DNA from: Polyangiales bacterium
Lineage (GTDB): Bacteria; Myxococcota_A; Polyangia; Polyangiales; Polyangiaceae
Direction of reading: 5' to 3'
DNA length: 64,000 nucleotides
Assembly: GCA_038231275.1 (NCBI GenBank)
Contig: JBBRLQ010000012.1
Span: 32,001 to 96,000, forward strand
Below the pieces are notes generated by a model that searched no databases, was not told the origin of the DNA, and saw nothing but the letters and a program-made list of their open reading frames with translations. Positions 1-9,639 of this stretch are shown in pieces; within the stretch, counting starts at the first letter, position 1, and each line of letters opens with the position of its first letter. The translations under genes and the position numbers were made by a program.

Positions 1-119
1 GGGAGGAGATCAGCATCGGCTTCCAGGCGCGCTTCTACCGAGAGCCGGACGTCTACAACATGGACTTCTGGATGCACTTCCAGCACGCGCTCCCGGAGAC
101 GCCGGCCTTGCTTGGATGA
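1..119 (+). CDS. C-terminal end of a CMP-Neu5Ac hydroxylase (CMAH)-like protein, partial
   Basis: Frame from nt 3 reads EEISIGFQARFYREPDVYNMDFWMHFQHALPETPALLG* (stop 117-119). Resembles the recalled CMAH C-terminus (IGFQ.R..R.PD.Y...FW.HFQ..LP.TP). Confidence 0.6.
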   Translation, partial: EEISIGFQARFYREPDVYNMDFWMHFQHALPETPALLG

Positions 120-136
120 AGCTCCGGGGGACCGTG

Positions 137-1396
137 TTAGGGACCGCTCTTCTCCCTCAGGAACCACGTCGTCATCGGGCCCTTGCCCTTCACATCGACC
201 GTGCCGCGCGGCTCGAATTCGAAGCGGCCTTGGAGCGCGTGCTTGACGGCATCCGTCACGTGGACTTCGCCGGGCACGCCGTGCGACTCCATCCGCGCTG
301 CCGTGTTCACGGTGTCGCCCCAGAGGTCGTAGGCGAACTTGCGATGGCCAATCACGCCAGCGATCACGGGCCCTGTGTGGATGCCGATGCGTATCGAGAG
401 TTCGACCCCGTGCTTGCGGGCGAAACGAGCCGGAACGTGCACCATTGCCAGCGCCATTCGCGCGGCCGCTTCGACGTGATCCGGGCGCGGGACTGGGACG
501 CCCGCTGCCACCATGTACGCGTCACCGATGGTCTTGATCTTCTCGAGACCGAGACGGTCGGCCTCGTCATCGAAGGCCGAGAACACATCATCGAGCAGAG
601 CGACCAGGGCAACCGGTTCGGTACGCTGTGCGAGCGTCGTGAATCCTACGATGTCGGCGAACAGGATGGTCGCTTCGTCGAAGCTCTCCGCTGGAACGCG
701 CCCGTCCGCGAGCAGCCGCGCGGCGATGGAAGCCGGAAGGGTGTTGTTCAGCAGCGCCTCGGTTTGCCGGTGCGCTCTTCGGGCCAACTTCTCCGCGTGC
801 TCCGCCGTGCGGGCGAAGAAGTACGTGACGGCCGAGACGAAGAGGAACGCCGAGACCTCATTGCCCGTGTGCATCTTCGAAAGGAGCGAGGGGGAGAGCG
901 CAACCGGCGGCGTAGCGCCCTCATAGTGCACCGCCAGCAGCAGGAAAGCGCCGAGGCCCATCACGATGCCTCCCACCGTCACGGCGCGCCGCTCCCAGGG
1001 CATGAGCAGCAGCACCGGTAGGGTCGCGAGGATCCAAAACTGAAACCCGGCGTCGAGCCCGAGGTAGTGCACACACAGCGCTTGATGCGTGGCTACCTCG
1101 CCCACGACGAGCGGGACCGCGATCTGGATCCGTCCTGTCTTCTGCAAGAGCTGGCGCGCCCCAATGAAGACGAGCACGCTAAAGACGTTGTAGACTGCAA
1201 GCGCCGGCACACCGAGAGCCCCGAAGAGCGCGATGAAAGCAGCGTGGATTACGATTCCTCCGACGGAGGCGCGGCGGAGCGTGATGGCGGTGCGCTCGGG
1301 CAAGCCGACCGAGCGCTCGTCGCCCGATAGGGAGGTGAACGTCGTCGCGAATCTCTCGCCTTTCGTTTCGCCGACGGGCAAAGCAGGGCGGGCCAT
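137..1396 (-). CDS. Membrane-bound class III adenylate/guanylate cyclase
   Basis: About 6 TM helices followed by ILFADIVGFT, KIKTIGDAYM, RIGIHTGPV, YDLWGDTVNTAARMES; start ATG at 1396 chosen. Confidence 0.92.
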   Translation of the reverse strand: MARPALPVGETKGERFATTFTSLSGDERSVGLPERTAITLRRASVGGIVIHAAFIALFGALGVPALAVYNVFSVLVFIGARQLLQKTGRIQIAVPLVVGEVATHQALCVHYLGLDAGFQFWILATLPVLLLMPWERRAVTVGGIVMGLGAFLLLAVHYEGATPPVALSPSLLSKMHTGNEVSAFLFVSAVTYFFARTAEHAEKLARRAHRQTEALLNNTLPASIAARLLADGRVPAESFDEATILFADIVGFTTLAQRTEPVALVALLDDVFSAFDDEADRLGLEKIKTIGDAYMVAAGVPVPRPDHVEAAARMALAMVHVPARFARKHGVELSIRIGIHTGPVIAGVIGHRKFAYDLWGDTVNTAARMESHGVPGEVHVTDAVKHALQGRFEFEPRGTVDVKGKGPMTTWFLREKSGP

Positions 1397-1484
1397 TTCG
1401 CGGCAAGCATCGCATGGCTCGAAGGGGACCTGTGACACTACGCGCGCCGCCACGACGTACGCGGGCCGACTGAGAGCATGGTGC

Positions 1485-1994
1485 GTGCGCTCCGTGGTCG
1501 CGCTCGTTCTGATCGTGCCTCGCGCCGCGAGCGCTGACTTGACCGGTAGCCAGGGCATCCTTGAGCACGTCGATGAGGTGGTCTCCCAACTCGATGTCGC
1601 GGCGCTCGACGCCGATCAGCGGAAGGCACTCCTTGCGGACCGTCTAACGCTCAACCTAGGCCTCCTGGTGCCGGGTTACGGCTCGTATGCGCTGGACACC
1701 AAGGTGTACGGCGAGTTGCGGCCCACGGCGATCCTGTTTGACTGGGTTCTGGGAGGCGTCGCGCCGGTTGGGCTGGCCACGTTGGCGATCGCGGACAACG
1801 ATCTCTCCTCCAGTACCCGAGCCGGATTGGCCTGGTCCGCCGCCGCGCTGTACGTGGCTACACGCCTCGGCGTTCTTATCGTGGGGAACCTTCACATCAG
1901 CGACTACAACGCGGCGATGCGTGTGCGGCTGGGGCTGACGGCCTCGGGCAGGCCACACCGCGGCTGGACGATCGGTGCGACCGCCCAGTGGTAG
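1485..1994 (+). CDS. Hypothetical exported/membrane protein
   Basis: Signal-like N-terminus (AASA), two hydrophobic segments, terminal Trp; start uncertain. Confidence 0.5.
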   Translation: MRSVVALVLIVPRAASADLTGSQGILEHVDEVVSQLDVAALDADQRKALLADRLTLNLGLLVPGYGSYALDTKVYGELRPTAILFDWVLGGVAPVGLATLAIADNDLSSSTRAGLAWSAAALYVATRLGVLIVGNLHISDYNAAMRVRLGLTASGRPHRGWTIGATAQW

Positions 1995-2065
1995 CGCGAC
2001 CCAGCGCACGACGCGCCTACGCGCGGATCTGAGCGAGCGGCTGCGTTCGCGTCGCCTCGAGATCC

Positions 2066-4519
2066 TCAGCGCGGGCACGCCGTGGGGTAGAGGAGGTATT
2101 TGTCGCGCTTCACACGAAACGCCGCGAGCTCCTTGTCCCACGTCGCCTCGATCTCAGGCAGCGTCTTGCCTTGCGCGATCGCGTCGAGCGCCGCGCGGTT
2201 CGCGAGGAGGCGATTCACGTCGTCGAAGTGCCACTTGCCGGCGTGGAGCGTCCGCAAATCGCTGGCCAGCGCGAGGCCGGCGCGTACCGGCTCGAAGCGC
2301 GCGCGATCGGTGACGGTGATGCGAACGCCCGAGCAGCGCTCGCCCTTGTACGGCGCCGCCTGCGGAGTGAAGGTGGTCGCGGCGAACGAGACACCGGGGA
2401 TCCCGCGACCGGTCAGCGCGGCGGCGAGCACAGGCCCGTCGACGAACGGCGCGCCGACGACCTCGAACGGCGTGTCGGTGCCGCGACCGACGGAGAGGTT
2501 CGTCCCCTCGACGAGCCCCACCGCCGGATAGAGGAGCGCCTCGGTGACGCTGCGGAGGTTGGGTGACGGGTTCACCCACGAGAGGCCCGTCGCTTCGAAA
2601 TAGTCGCCGCGCCGCCATCCCTGCGCCGCCACCACGTCGAGCGTCGCGCCGAGGTGGTCCTCCGCATCGAAGAGGAGCGCGAGCTCGCCGATCGTCATCC
2701 CGTGGCGAACGGGCAGCGGGCCGTGGTGCACGAAGCTCTTGGACGCCGCGTCGACGAGCGGACCGGCGACGTCGAGGCCGTCGATCGGATTGGGCCGGTC
2801 GAGGACCATGAAGGCCACGCGCGCGAGGCTGGCCGCCTTCATCGCGCGGCGCAGCGTCGACGGGTACGTGTAGTAGCGCGTGCCGACGTCCTGCACATCG
2901 AAGACGAGGACGTCGAGCCCCTCGAGCGTCTCTGGCGGCGGCGCGAACGTGGCGCCGTAGAGGCTCACGACCGGGAGGCCCGTGGTCGCGTCGCGCCCGT
3001 CGGGGAGGAGCCCCTCCTTGTCGGCGCCGAGGCCGTGCTCCGGCGTGAAGATGCGCACCAGCGTCATGCCCGGCGCGGTCGCGAGGAGATCGATCGTGCG
3101 CGTCCCGTCTTTCGCGCGCCCCGACGCGTTGGTGAGGAGGCCAACCTTCTTCCCGCGCAGGCGCAAAAAACGCTCGGCGCGCAGGACGTCGATCCCCGTC
3201 AGGACGTCGCGCCCGTCGTGCTCGCACGGCGACGGCGTGCGCGCGAGACCTGCGACCTCTGCGGCGATCGTTCCGATTTTCGCCTCGAGCTCGTGGACGG
3301 CGCCGCGCCCGTACGGGTGAACGCGGTTGCTGAGGAAGAGGACGAACAGGTCCGCGTCCGGATCGATCCACAGCGACGTACCGGTGAACCCGCCGTGGCC
3401 GAACGCGTGCCGGGAGAGGCCCTCACCGCGGTGCTTGGTGAACGCGCTCGACATGTCCCAGCCGAGCGCACGGATTCCGCCGGGCACGTCGTGCGGCGCG
3501 AGGAACGCGGCGAAGGTCGACGGTGAGACGACGCGCGCGCCGGAAATCTGGCCTTTCCCGAGCCACGCCTGCGCGAAACGAGACAGGTCGCGCGCGGTGG
3601 AGAAGAGGCCCGCGTGACCCGCGACGCCGCCGAGCGCGTAGGCGCGAGGATCGTGGACCTCGCCCTGCATGAAGCCGGCGTCGGGGCGCATCTCCGTCGG
3701 CGCCGCGCGGGCGCGCATCGGCTCGGGCGGCGTGAACGACGTCTCGCGCATGCCGATCGGCGCGAAGACGTTCTCGGCCGCGAAGGTCGCCACGTCCTTT
3801 CCGCTCACCCGATGGACGAGCTCGGCCAACACCATGAAGCCGACGTCGGAGTAGACGAGGCGCTCGCCGGCGGGCCATCGCGCCGGCGCGTCGAGGATGC
3901 GTCGCCACGCCTCGTCCGGTCCGCGCGCGAAGTCGCTCATCGGGTTGTCGGCGACGAGCCCTCCCACGTGAAGGAGCAGCTGCCGCACGGTGGTGGCCCC
4001 TTTCCCTCCGTGCGCGAACTCGGGAAGGTACGTCGCGACCGGCTCGTCGACGGCGACTTGCCCGCGATCGACGAGCACCATCACGCTGGCCGCCGTCGCG
4101 ATCGGCTTGGTGAGCGACGCGAGATCGAACACGGTGTCGATCTGCATCGGCAGTCGCGCCGGCGCGAGCGCGCGCTGCCCGAAGGCGCGCTTGTAGAGGA
4201 TCTCGTCCTTTCGCCCCACCACGACGACGCAGCCGGGCATCTTGCCCTCGACGAGCGCCGCCTCCGCCGCGGCCGCGATGCCGGCGAAGCGCGGGTCCTC
4301 GACGGAAGGACCCGCGAAGGGATCGGTAGCGGCGCCGTCCGCAGCAAACGCGGTGGCCGCCTCGACGTCGGCGTCGGAAACGAACGCGCCGGCGGCTCCC
4401 GAGGAGACGGGAGCGACCGGCGCGCGGGCATCGGGCGGCGGAGACTCGGCGCAGAACGTCAGGAGCGCGCCGAGGATGATCGGAGCGACGACGAGAGCAG
4501 CGCGAAGCGCGCGGGCCAC
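2066..4519 (-). CDS. Beta-lactamase-family serine hydrolase fused to DUF1343/NamZ exo-beta-N-acetylmuramidase domain
   Basis: ASLTK (SxxK), YSD and HGG motifs, then NamZ-type GLLTN, PEHG, DVQDVGTRYYTY, DRPNP, RHGMTIGELA, PSPN. Confidence 0.88.
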   Translation of the reverse strand: MARALRAALVVAPIILGALLTFCAESPPPDARAPVAPVSSGAAGAFVSDADVEAATAFAADGAATDPFAGPSVEDPRFAGIAAAAEAALVEGKMPGCVVVVGRKDEILYKRAFGQRALAPARLPMQIDTVFDLASLTKPIATAASVMVLVDRGQVAVDEPVATYLPEFAHGGKGATTVRQLLLHVGGLVADNPMSDFARGPDEAWRRILDAPARWPAGERLVYSDVGFMVLAELVHRVSGKDVATFAAENVFAPIGMRETSFTPPEPMRARAAPTEMRPDAGFMQGEVHDPRAYALGGVAGHAGLFSTARDLSRFAQAWLGKGQISGARVVSPSTFAAFLAPHDVPGGIRALGWDMSSAFTKHRGEGLSRHAFGHGGFTGTSLWIDPDADLFVLFLSNRVHPYGRGAVHELEAKIGTIAAEVAGLARTPSPCEHDGRDVLTGIDVLRAERFLRLRGKKVGLLTNASGRAKDGTRTIDLLATAPGMTLVRIFTPEHGLGADKEGLLPDGRDATTGLPVVSLYGATFAPPPETLEGLDVLVFDVQDVGTRYYTYPSTLRRAMKAASLARVAFMVLDRPNPIDGLDVAGPLVDAASKSFVHHGPLPVRHGMTIGELALLFDAEDHLGATLDVVAAQGWRRGDYFEATGLSWVNPSPNLRSVTEALLYPAVGLVEGTNLSVGRGTDTPFEVVGAPFVDGPVLAAALTGRGIPGVSFAATTFTPQAAPYKGERCSGVRITVTDRARFEPVRAGLALASDLRTLHAGKWHFDDVNRLLANRAALDAIAQGKTLPEIEATWDKELAAFRVKRDKYLLYPTACPR

Positions 4520-4537
4520 CCGTTCAGAGTACCCGAA

Positions 4538-5464
4538 TCAGTGCGAAACGCAGGCTCCCTGCTTGTTCGACCACTCGAGCTGCACCGTGTAGCCGGCCAC
4601 GGTCGCCGCGGTGCCGTTGCAGATGTCGCCAATCTCGCCGTTGGCGTTGTCGTACCAAGCGAGCGGGGGGCCCGCGGTCTTGGCGAGACCCACCGCCGCG
4701 TCGGTCACCGCCTCGATCATCTCGTGCGACGACACCTCGGTGACGTTGTTGTCCGGCGTTCCGGCGCCGCAACCGTTCTGGCAGCCGTCGTGGTCGAGGT
4801 CGGGGATGACGCCGTAGAACACGTACTTGCCGGACTGCTTGAAGGTGCCGTGGTACGCGCAGAACTGGACGCACGACGCGCCGGCGCCGCCCGGCCCGGT
4901 GATGTGCATGCCCGGCGGGAAGTGCACCATGTAGAGGTTGTTCACGCCGTCCGTCTTGGGGAGGTGCCCGGCGGTGATCTGCTTGGTGATCTCGCGCTGG
5001 ATCGTCTTGTCGGTGATCGTCTTCGACGTCGTGCTCGGCGTGATGACGTGCGCGCCCTGGAACGAGCCGCGGCCGATCGACTGCGTGCTGGTGTTGTACT
5101 CCTTGAGCCAGTCGAAATAGGCGCTCTGCGTGATCGCGCCGTAAAACGCGTTGAGGTGCGCCTGGTGCGCGGCGCCGGCGCCCCAGTAGACGGCGATGAC
5201 CTTGACCGACGGGATGACCGGGCCGCCGTAGTAGGTGAGGTGCGCGCCGGCGGGGGCCGCGCTCTGGATGGGGGCGGCCTGATCGACGCCGAGGAGGGGC
5301 ATCGTGTGGACGCGGTTCGAGGACTCCATGTCGAGCGCGGAGTCGATCGCGAGGTCACTGTCCGACGACGCGGCGTTCTCCTCGCCGGGCGCGGACGCGC
5401 ACGCGGCAAGCGAGAGACCCAACCCGACCGTCACGACACCGAGGCTCTTGCACGCGTGAATCAT
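4538..5464 (-). CDS. Lipoprotein of the Phi-1/EXORDIUM-like family
   Basis: Lipobox LAAC; LTYYGGPVI, FCAYHG, SHEMIEAVTD, WYD..GEIGDIC, VQLEWSN. Confidence 0.7.
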   Translation of the reverse strand: MIHACKSLGVVTVGLGLSLAACASAPGEENAASSDSDLAIDSALDMESSNRVHTMPLLGVDQAAPIQSAAPAGAHLTYYGGPVIPSVKVIAVYWGAGAAHQAHLNAFYGAITQSAYFDWLKEYNTSTQSIGRGSFQGAHVITPSTTSKTITDKTIQREITKQITAGHLPKTDGVNNLYMVHFPPGMHITGPGGAGASCVQFCAYHGTFKQSGKYVFYGVIPDLDHDGCQNGCGAGTPDNNVTEVSSHEMIEAVTDAAVGLAKTAGPPLAWYDNANGEIGDICNGTAATVAGYTVQLEWSNKQGACVSH

Positions 5465-5587
5465 GTTCGACCGCTCCTCGCTCGAAGTTGCTGGGTGCCT
5501 TCGAGCGGCGGCAGCTAACGCCGGTGGGGCTTCGTCGTCCATCGTGTTTCACCCGCCGAAATCACTTTGGTGCGGTAGAAGGCGAGC

Positions 5588-6445
5588 GTGTCTTCCATCG
5601 ACGCTGATGTGAGAGTTAAGGCAGGTCCGAAAGGAACCGCCGTGGCGGACGGCAGTGGGGCGATCGTGATCGCCGCGCGTGGCGATCGATCCATCGTTGC
5701 GCGCGCGCGCGCCGAGAGTCCGCTCAAGCTCCTCTTCCCTCGCAACCACGGCAGCGCGCAGTGGGTGTTCACGGCGACGTACGGCGGCGGCCTCGTGGAC
5801 GGCGACGCGATCGCGCTCGACGTCGACGTGCTGGACGGCGCGGCGGCGCTCGTGTCGACGCAGTCGTCGACTAAGGTGTACCGCTCGCCGCGCGGCACGT
5901 CGCAAACGCTTCGGGGGCGCGTCGGAGAAGGCGCGCTGCTCGCGGTTCTGCCCGATCCGGTCGCGTGCTTCGCGGGCGCGCGATACGCGCAGCGCGCCGA
6001 GGTGACTCTGGCGGCCGGCGCCTCGCTGCTGTTCGTGGATTCGATGACGTGCGGGAGGGCGGCGCGCGGCGAGCGCTGGGACTTCGCGCGCTATGCGTCG
6101 CGCACGACGATCACGCGCGGCGGGCGCGCGCTCGCGATCGATGCCACCGTGCTCTCGCCCGACGACGGCGACCTACGCGCGCGCATGGGCCGCTTCGACG
6201 CGCTCGCGACGGCGTTCGCCTTCGGACCGCGCGCACGAGCGTCGCGCGACGCGCTGCTCGCGGTCGGCGCGGTCGACGCGCCCGTGCGAGGGGACGTCGT
6301 CGCGGCCGCCAGCCATCTCGGCGACGACGGCGCCGTCGTTCGCCTCGCCGCGACGAGCACGGCGGCCCTGCTGGCGGCGCTTCGACGCGCGCTCGCCCCC
6401 CTCGCCGAGGTCCTCGGCGACGATCCGTTCGCGCGAAAGTGGTGA
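5588..6445 (+). CDS. ureD: Urease accessory protein UreD
   Basis: PLKLLFPR, YGGGLVDGD, STQSSTKVY, LPDPV, GRAARGERWDF. Confidence 0.9.
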   Translation: MSSIDADVRVKAGPKGTAVADGSGAIVIAARGDRSIVARARAESPLKLLFPRNHGSAQWVFTATYGGGLVDGDAIALDVDVLDGAAALVSTQSSTKVYRSPRGTSQTLRGRVGEGALLAVLPDPVACFAGARYAQRAEVTLAAGASLLFVDSMTCGRAARGERWDFARYASRTTITRGGRALAIDATVLSPDDGDLRARMGRFDALATAFAFGPRARASRDALLAVGAVDAPVRGDVVAAASHLGDDGAVVRLAATSTAALLAALRRALAPLAEVLGDDPFARKW

Positions 6446-6450
6446 TCACC

Positions 6451-7425
6451 TCATTGAAGCGCGCGCGGGCGACGACGCCACGTGACGCGCGTTGCAGGGC
6501 CGGACGTGCGCGAGATTTCGTCGATCTCGCGCGCAAACGCGTCGAGCTGCGAGAGGCTCCCGAGCTTCGGAACGATTAGGACCTCGCCATCGGACAGCGT
6601 CACGGGCGGCACCAGACGGCCTGGCGGCGCGGGCGCTCCGAGCGGGCGAAGCGCATCGACCTCGGGGCTGCGGCCCGGCGCGAGCTTCGCGGTCACGGCG
6701 CGGGCCGCGGCGCGCACATCGTCCGCGCGCGATCGCGACGAACCGGCGAGCGACGCGGCGTCGAGTGCCAGCGCGATTCGTGTCTCCGGCGTGCGCGCAC
6801 GCGCCCTCAGCGCCTCCAGCGCAACGTCGCACCCCTCCCCTTCGATCTTCACGACCGCCGCGGCCGCCAGCGGCCACGCCAAGAAACGCGCACGGTTCTC
6901 TCCCTCGTCGCGATCGCGCGCGACGCCGTCGCGAAAGAGCGCGAAGCACGGCGCGCCGGCGGGGGCCTCCGTGCACGACGCGCCGATCCCGACCGTCAGC
7001 GCGCCGTCGGACGAGGACGCGGTCCTTCGCGCGATGTAGTGCGCCGCCGTCAGCGTCGGCGCGAGGCGCTGCCTGACCGCGCGAACGGCCTCGTCGGGCG
7101 GCCCGTCCTCGAGGTCCTCTCCGAGCGGATTTTTGCGGATCTCCACGCGCGCAGCGAGGAGCCTCAGGCCTATCTCGAGCTCGGCGAGCTCGGCGTCGGA
7201 GAGCGCCGCGAGGGCGACGCCCATGACCTGCGCTTCGCCCTCCTCTCGTATCGCCGTTGGGGCGACCGCCCCGGCCGGCGTGATCCAAACGACCGGCGAG
7301 GCGATCCCGACGTTCGTGTCGTTCAGGTCGTTCGCGACGATCGGCGCGTGTCGAAGCGACGGGCGCACGAGCGCGAAGAGGCCCATCGCCGCAGCGACGA
7401 GCGCGCCCCACTTTCCCGGCGCCAC
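6451..7425 (-). CDS. Hypothetical protein with N-terminal membrane anchor
   Basis: Natural-looking translation from VAPGKWGALVAAAMGLFAL; start uncertain. Confidence 0.5.
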   Translation of the reverse strand: MAPGKWGALVAAAMGLFALVRPSLRHAPIVANDLNDTNVGIASPVVWITPAGAVAPTAIREEGEAQVMGVALAALSDAELAELEIGLRLLAARVEIRKNPLGEDLEDGPPDEAVRAVRQRLAPTLTAAHYIARRTASSSDGALTVGIGASCTEAPAGAPCFALFRDGVARDRDEGENRARFLAWPLAAAAVVKIEGEGCDVALEALRARARTPETRIALALDAASLAGSSRSRADDVRAAARAVTAKLAPGRSPEVDALRPLGAPAPPGRLVPPVTLSDGEVLIVPKLGSLSQLDAFAREIDEISRTSGPATRVTWRRRPRALQ

Positions 7426-7429
7426 CTCC

Positions 7430-8140
7430 TCACCCCTGATGGCGGCGGCGCGCCGCGAACTCGCCGCCGGTGCCCGTCGTGCCGCTGGCGAGCGTGTCCG
7501 TGACGTGCGCCGTGAAGCTCCCGGTGAGCGTGCCGGCGCTGGCGCAGCTGACCTTGAAGTCGTTCCCGTGGAAGGTGGCGTCACACGACGCGGCCCCCTG
7601 CGAGAGGTGCCATACTCCGCCGAGATCGCCGAAGCTCGAGGCCAACGTGCTCACGCGCGTGCCCACGAGGCTTCCCCTGATGGCCACGTGCCACCACGCG
7701 GCGTCCACGTACGTGCAGCTCGCCGCGAGGCCGCCCGCCCCGAGCTGCGCATCACAGCGCTCCCCGGCGCCGCGCCCCGTCCCCGTGAGGGCCCACGTGC
7801 CTCCGACGTCGAGCGGAAAGGCGCCGGTGTCGAGCGGTGCGGACGCGCGGGAGAGGTCGATCACGTGGACCCCGGAGGCGCTCCGCGACGTGAGCGTCAT
7901 CGCGTCACCTGCGCCGCGCAGCTCGAGAGTATTTTCGCCGACCGTAAGCTCCACGTGCGACCTCTCGAGGACGAGCGTGCCAGTGGTCGACGACGCGGCG
8001 CTGGGCGTCGCCGTGAGATCCCACGTGCCGGAGAGGGCCGACGCGGCGAGCGGGGCCTCGCTCGAGCCGTCGACGAGAGTGCCTCCACACGAAATCGCAG
8101 CGAGACCGATGACGAGAAAAGGAAGAAGCATGGGCCGCAT
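7430..8140 (-). CDS. Putative lipoprotein with repeated G.W.L beta-rich modules
   Basis: GGAGG RBS; MRPMLLPFLVIGLAAISC; three (L/V)xGxW motifs. Confidence 0.7.
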   Translation of the reverse strand: MRPMLLPFLVIGLAAISCGGTLVDGSSEAPLAASALSGTWDLTATPSAASSTTGTLVLERSHVELTVGENTLELRGAGDAMTLTSRSASGVHVIDLSRASAPLDTGAFPLDVGGTWALTGTGRGAGERCDAQLGAGGLAASCTYVDAAWWHVAIRGSLVGTRVSTLASSFGDLGGVWHLSQGAASCDATFHGNDFKVSCASAGTLTGSFTAHVTDTLASGTTGTGGEFAARRRHQG

Positions 8141-8310
8141 GGGCACCTCCATATTCGAAGACCTCGCACGCACTGCAAACGTCGCGCCGCTCGAGCTCGC
8201 GCCGATTGATCGCGATTTCGTCGTCGCGCGCGACACGTGGGCGCGATCGCGCGGCGCAGAGCACGACGGGGGCGCCATAGCGCAGTGGCGCATCACGGTA
8301 CGCACGGCGA

Positions 8311-8862
8311 TCATCCTTTGATGAACCGCGCGACGACCGGGCGCGGCATGGATCCGTGGACCGCGCCGGGCGCCCATTTCATCTCCAGCGGACCGCCGGC
8401 GAACGTGACGAGATAACTCGGCGTGGAGAGGATGTTGGGCCCGAACGCCAACACGAAGGTGTCCGGGTAGCAGCACGACAAGTCTTTCCCCCACGAAAAC
8501 GTTCCCTGGCGTGAGGCGTCGCGCGAGAAGACGTTGGCGCCATCGGGGACGAGCGCGAAGAACTGACCGCTCGGCAAGAGCTCGATCGCCGCGGGCGCCG
8601 TCGGGTCGGACGCCTCGCAGAGGAACCAGCGGCCATCGAGAAGAGCGCGCGCGGCCAGCCCGGTCTCGGGCTCCGGAGCGCTCGGCGTCGCCGCGCAGCG
8701 ACGCGCGACGGCGCCGAGATCGACGGGCGCGGCGGGGTTCACGTTCGAAACGCGCGCGTCGTCGTAGCCGACGTCGAGCGACTGCCCGCCGCACGCGCCG
8801 GCGCACGCGACGCATGCGGCCGCGACGATGCCTCCCACGGTCTTTCTCGTCGCAGTGCGCAT
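8311..8862 (-). CDS. Putative lipoprotein, likely ECF target
   Basis: Signal peptide ending AGAC-GG; lies directly downstream of the anti-sigma gene and a candidate ECF promoter. Confidence 0.65.
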   Translation of the reverse strand: MRTATRKTVGGIVAAACVACAGACGGQSLDVGYDDARVSNVNPAAPVDLGAVARRCAATPSAPEPETGLAARALLDGRWFLCEASDPTAPAAIELLPSGQFFALVPDGANVFSRDASRQGTFSWGKDLSCCYPDTFVLAFGPNILSTPSYLVTFAGGPLEMKWAPGAVHGSMPRPVVARFIKG

Positions 8863-8868
8863 CACGGG

Positions 8869-8896
8869 AGTGCTTGGGGACAGGGTCATCGCGTCA
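8869..8896 (-). promoter_or_regulatory. Candidate ECF sigma promoter TGACG-N18-GCACT
   Basis: Minus strand TGACGcgatgaccctgtccccaaGCACT; similar to the motifs at 30209 and 31720. Confidence 0.45.
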
Positions 8897-8907
8897 TTTC
8901 CAAATCG

Positions 8908-9639
8908 TCATTGCGGCATCGACGCGAGCGTCGCGTTGACGGAGCCTAGGGAGACCGAGCGCGGGAATCGCTCGCGAAACCGCTCCCCGCGCGCGCGCGC
9001 TTCGGTGTAGCGGGCTGCCGCGGCGAGCGCTTTCACGGCGAGGGCCTCGCGCTCCTCGGCCAGCGCCCCTTGCGGGTAGGTGCGCTCGTGACGCTCGACC
9101 GCCAGGAGGGCCGCGTCGGGCTCACCGCGCGCCAGCGCCGCGCGCGCGCCGTCGAGGAGCATGCGTTCGGCCGCGAGCCCACGCGCGTCGATGACGGGGA
9201 CCGACGGCGCCGGCGCGCGGGCCGTCGCGGCGTTCGCGGGCGACGGGGCCACCGATGGCGACGGTGGCACGTCGAGGATTTCGAGGACCGTGCTCGACGG
9301 CCCTGGCACGACGCGCTCGACGTAGGTGACGCGCGCCGGTGGAGTTGGCGTCGACGCGCGCATCCCGAGCGCGCCGACCGTCACGCCGACGAGCAGCGCG
9401 CCAACCAGGCCGGCGACCGGATGTGCACCCATCGTGCGCGCAAGGGACGACCGAGCGCCGCCGTCATCCACACCGCCACCACCGCCACCGTCACCGCCAC
9501 CGCCTGAGGGCGGCAGCAGCGCGATCCTCGCCTCCACCGCGCCCAGCACGCGCGCGCGGAGCTCGTCGGGCGGCGCGGGCGCGAAGCCTTTCTCGGCCGC
9601 CACGAGCGCGGCGAGCTCTTCGTCGATCGGATCGGTCAC
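8908..9639 (-). CDS. Putative transmembrane anti-sigma factor with C-terminal TPR-like domain
   Basis: GTG overlaps the sigma stop; one TM, Pro-rich linker, LAAERMLLDGARAALARGE..ERHERTYPQGALAEERE. Confidence 0.75.
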   Translation of the reverse strand: MTDPIDEELAALVAAEKGFAPAPPDELRARVLGAVEARIALLPPSGGGGDGGGGGGVDDGGARSSLARTMGAHPVAGLVGALLVGVTVGALGMRASTPTPPARVTYVERVVPGPSSTVLEILDVPPSPSVAPSPANAATARAPAPSVPVIDARGLAAERMLLDGARAALARGEPDAALLAVERHERTYPQGALAEEREALAVKALAAAARYTEARARGERFRERFPRSVSLGSVNATLASMPQ

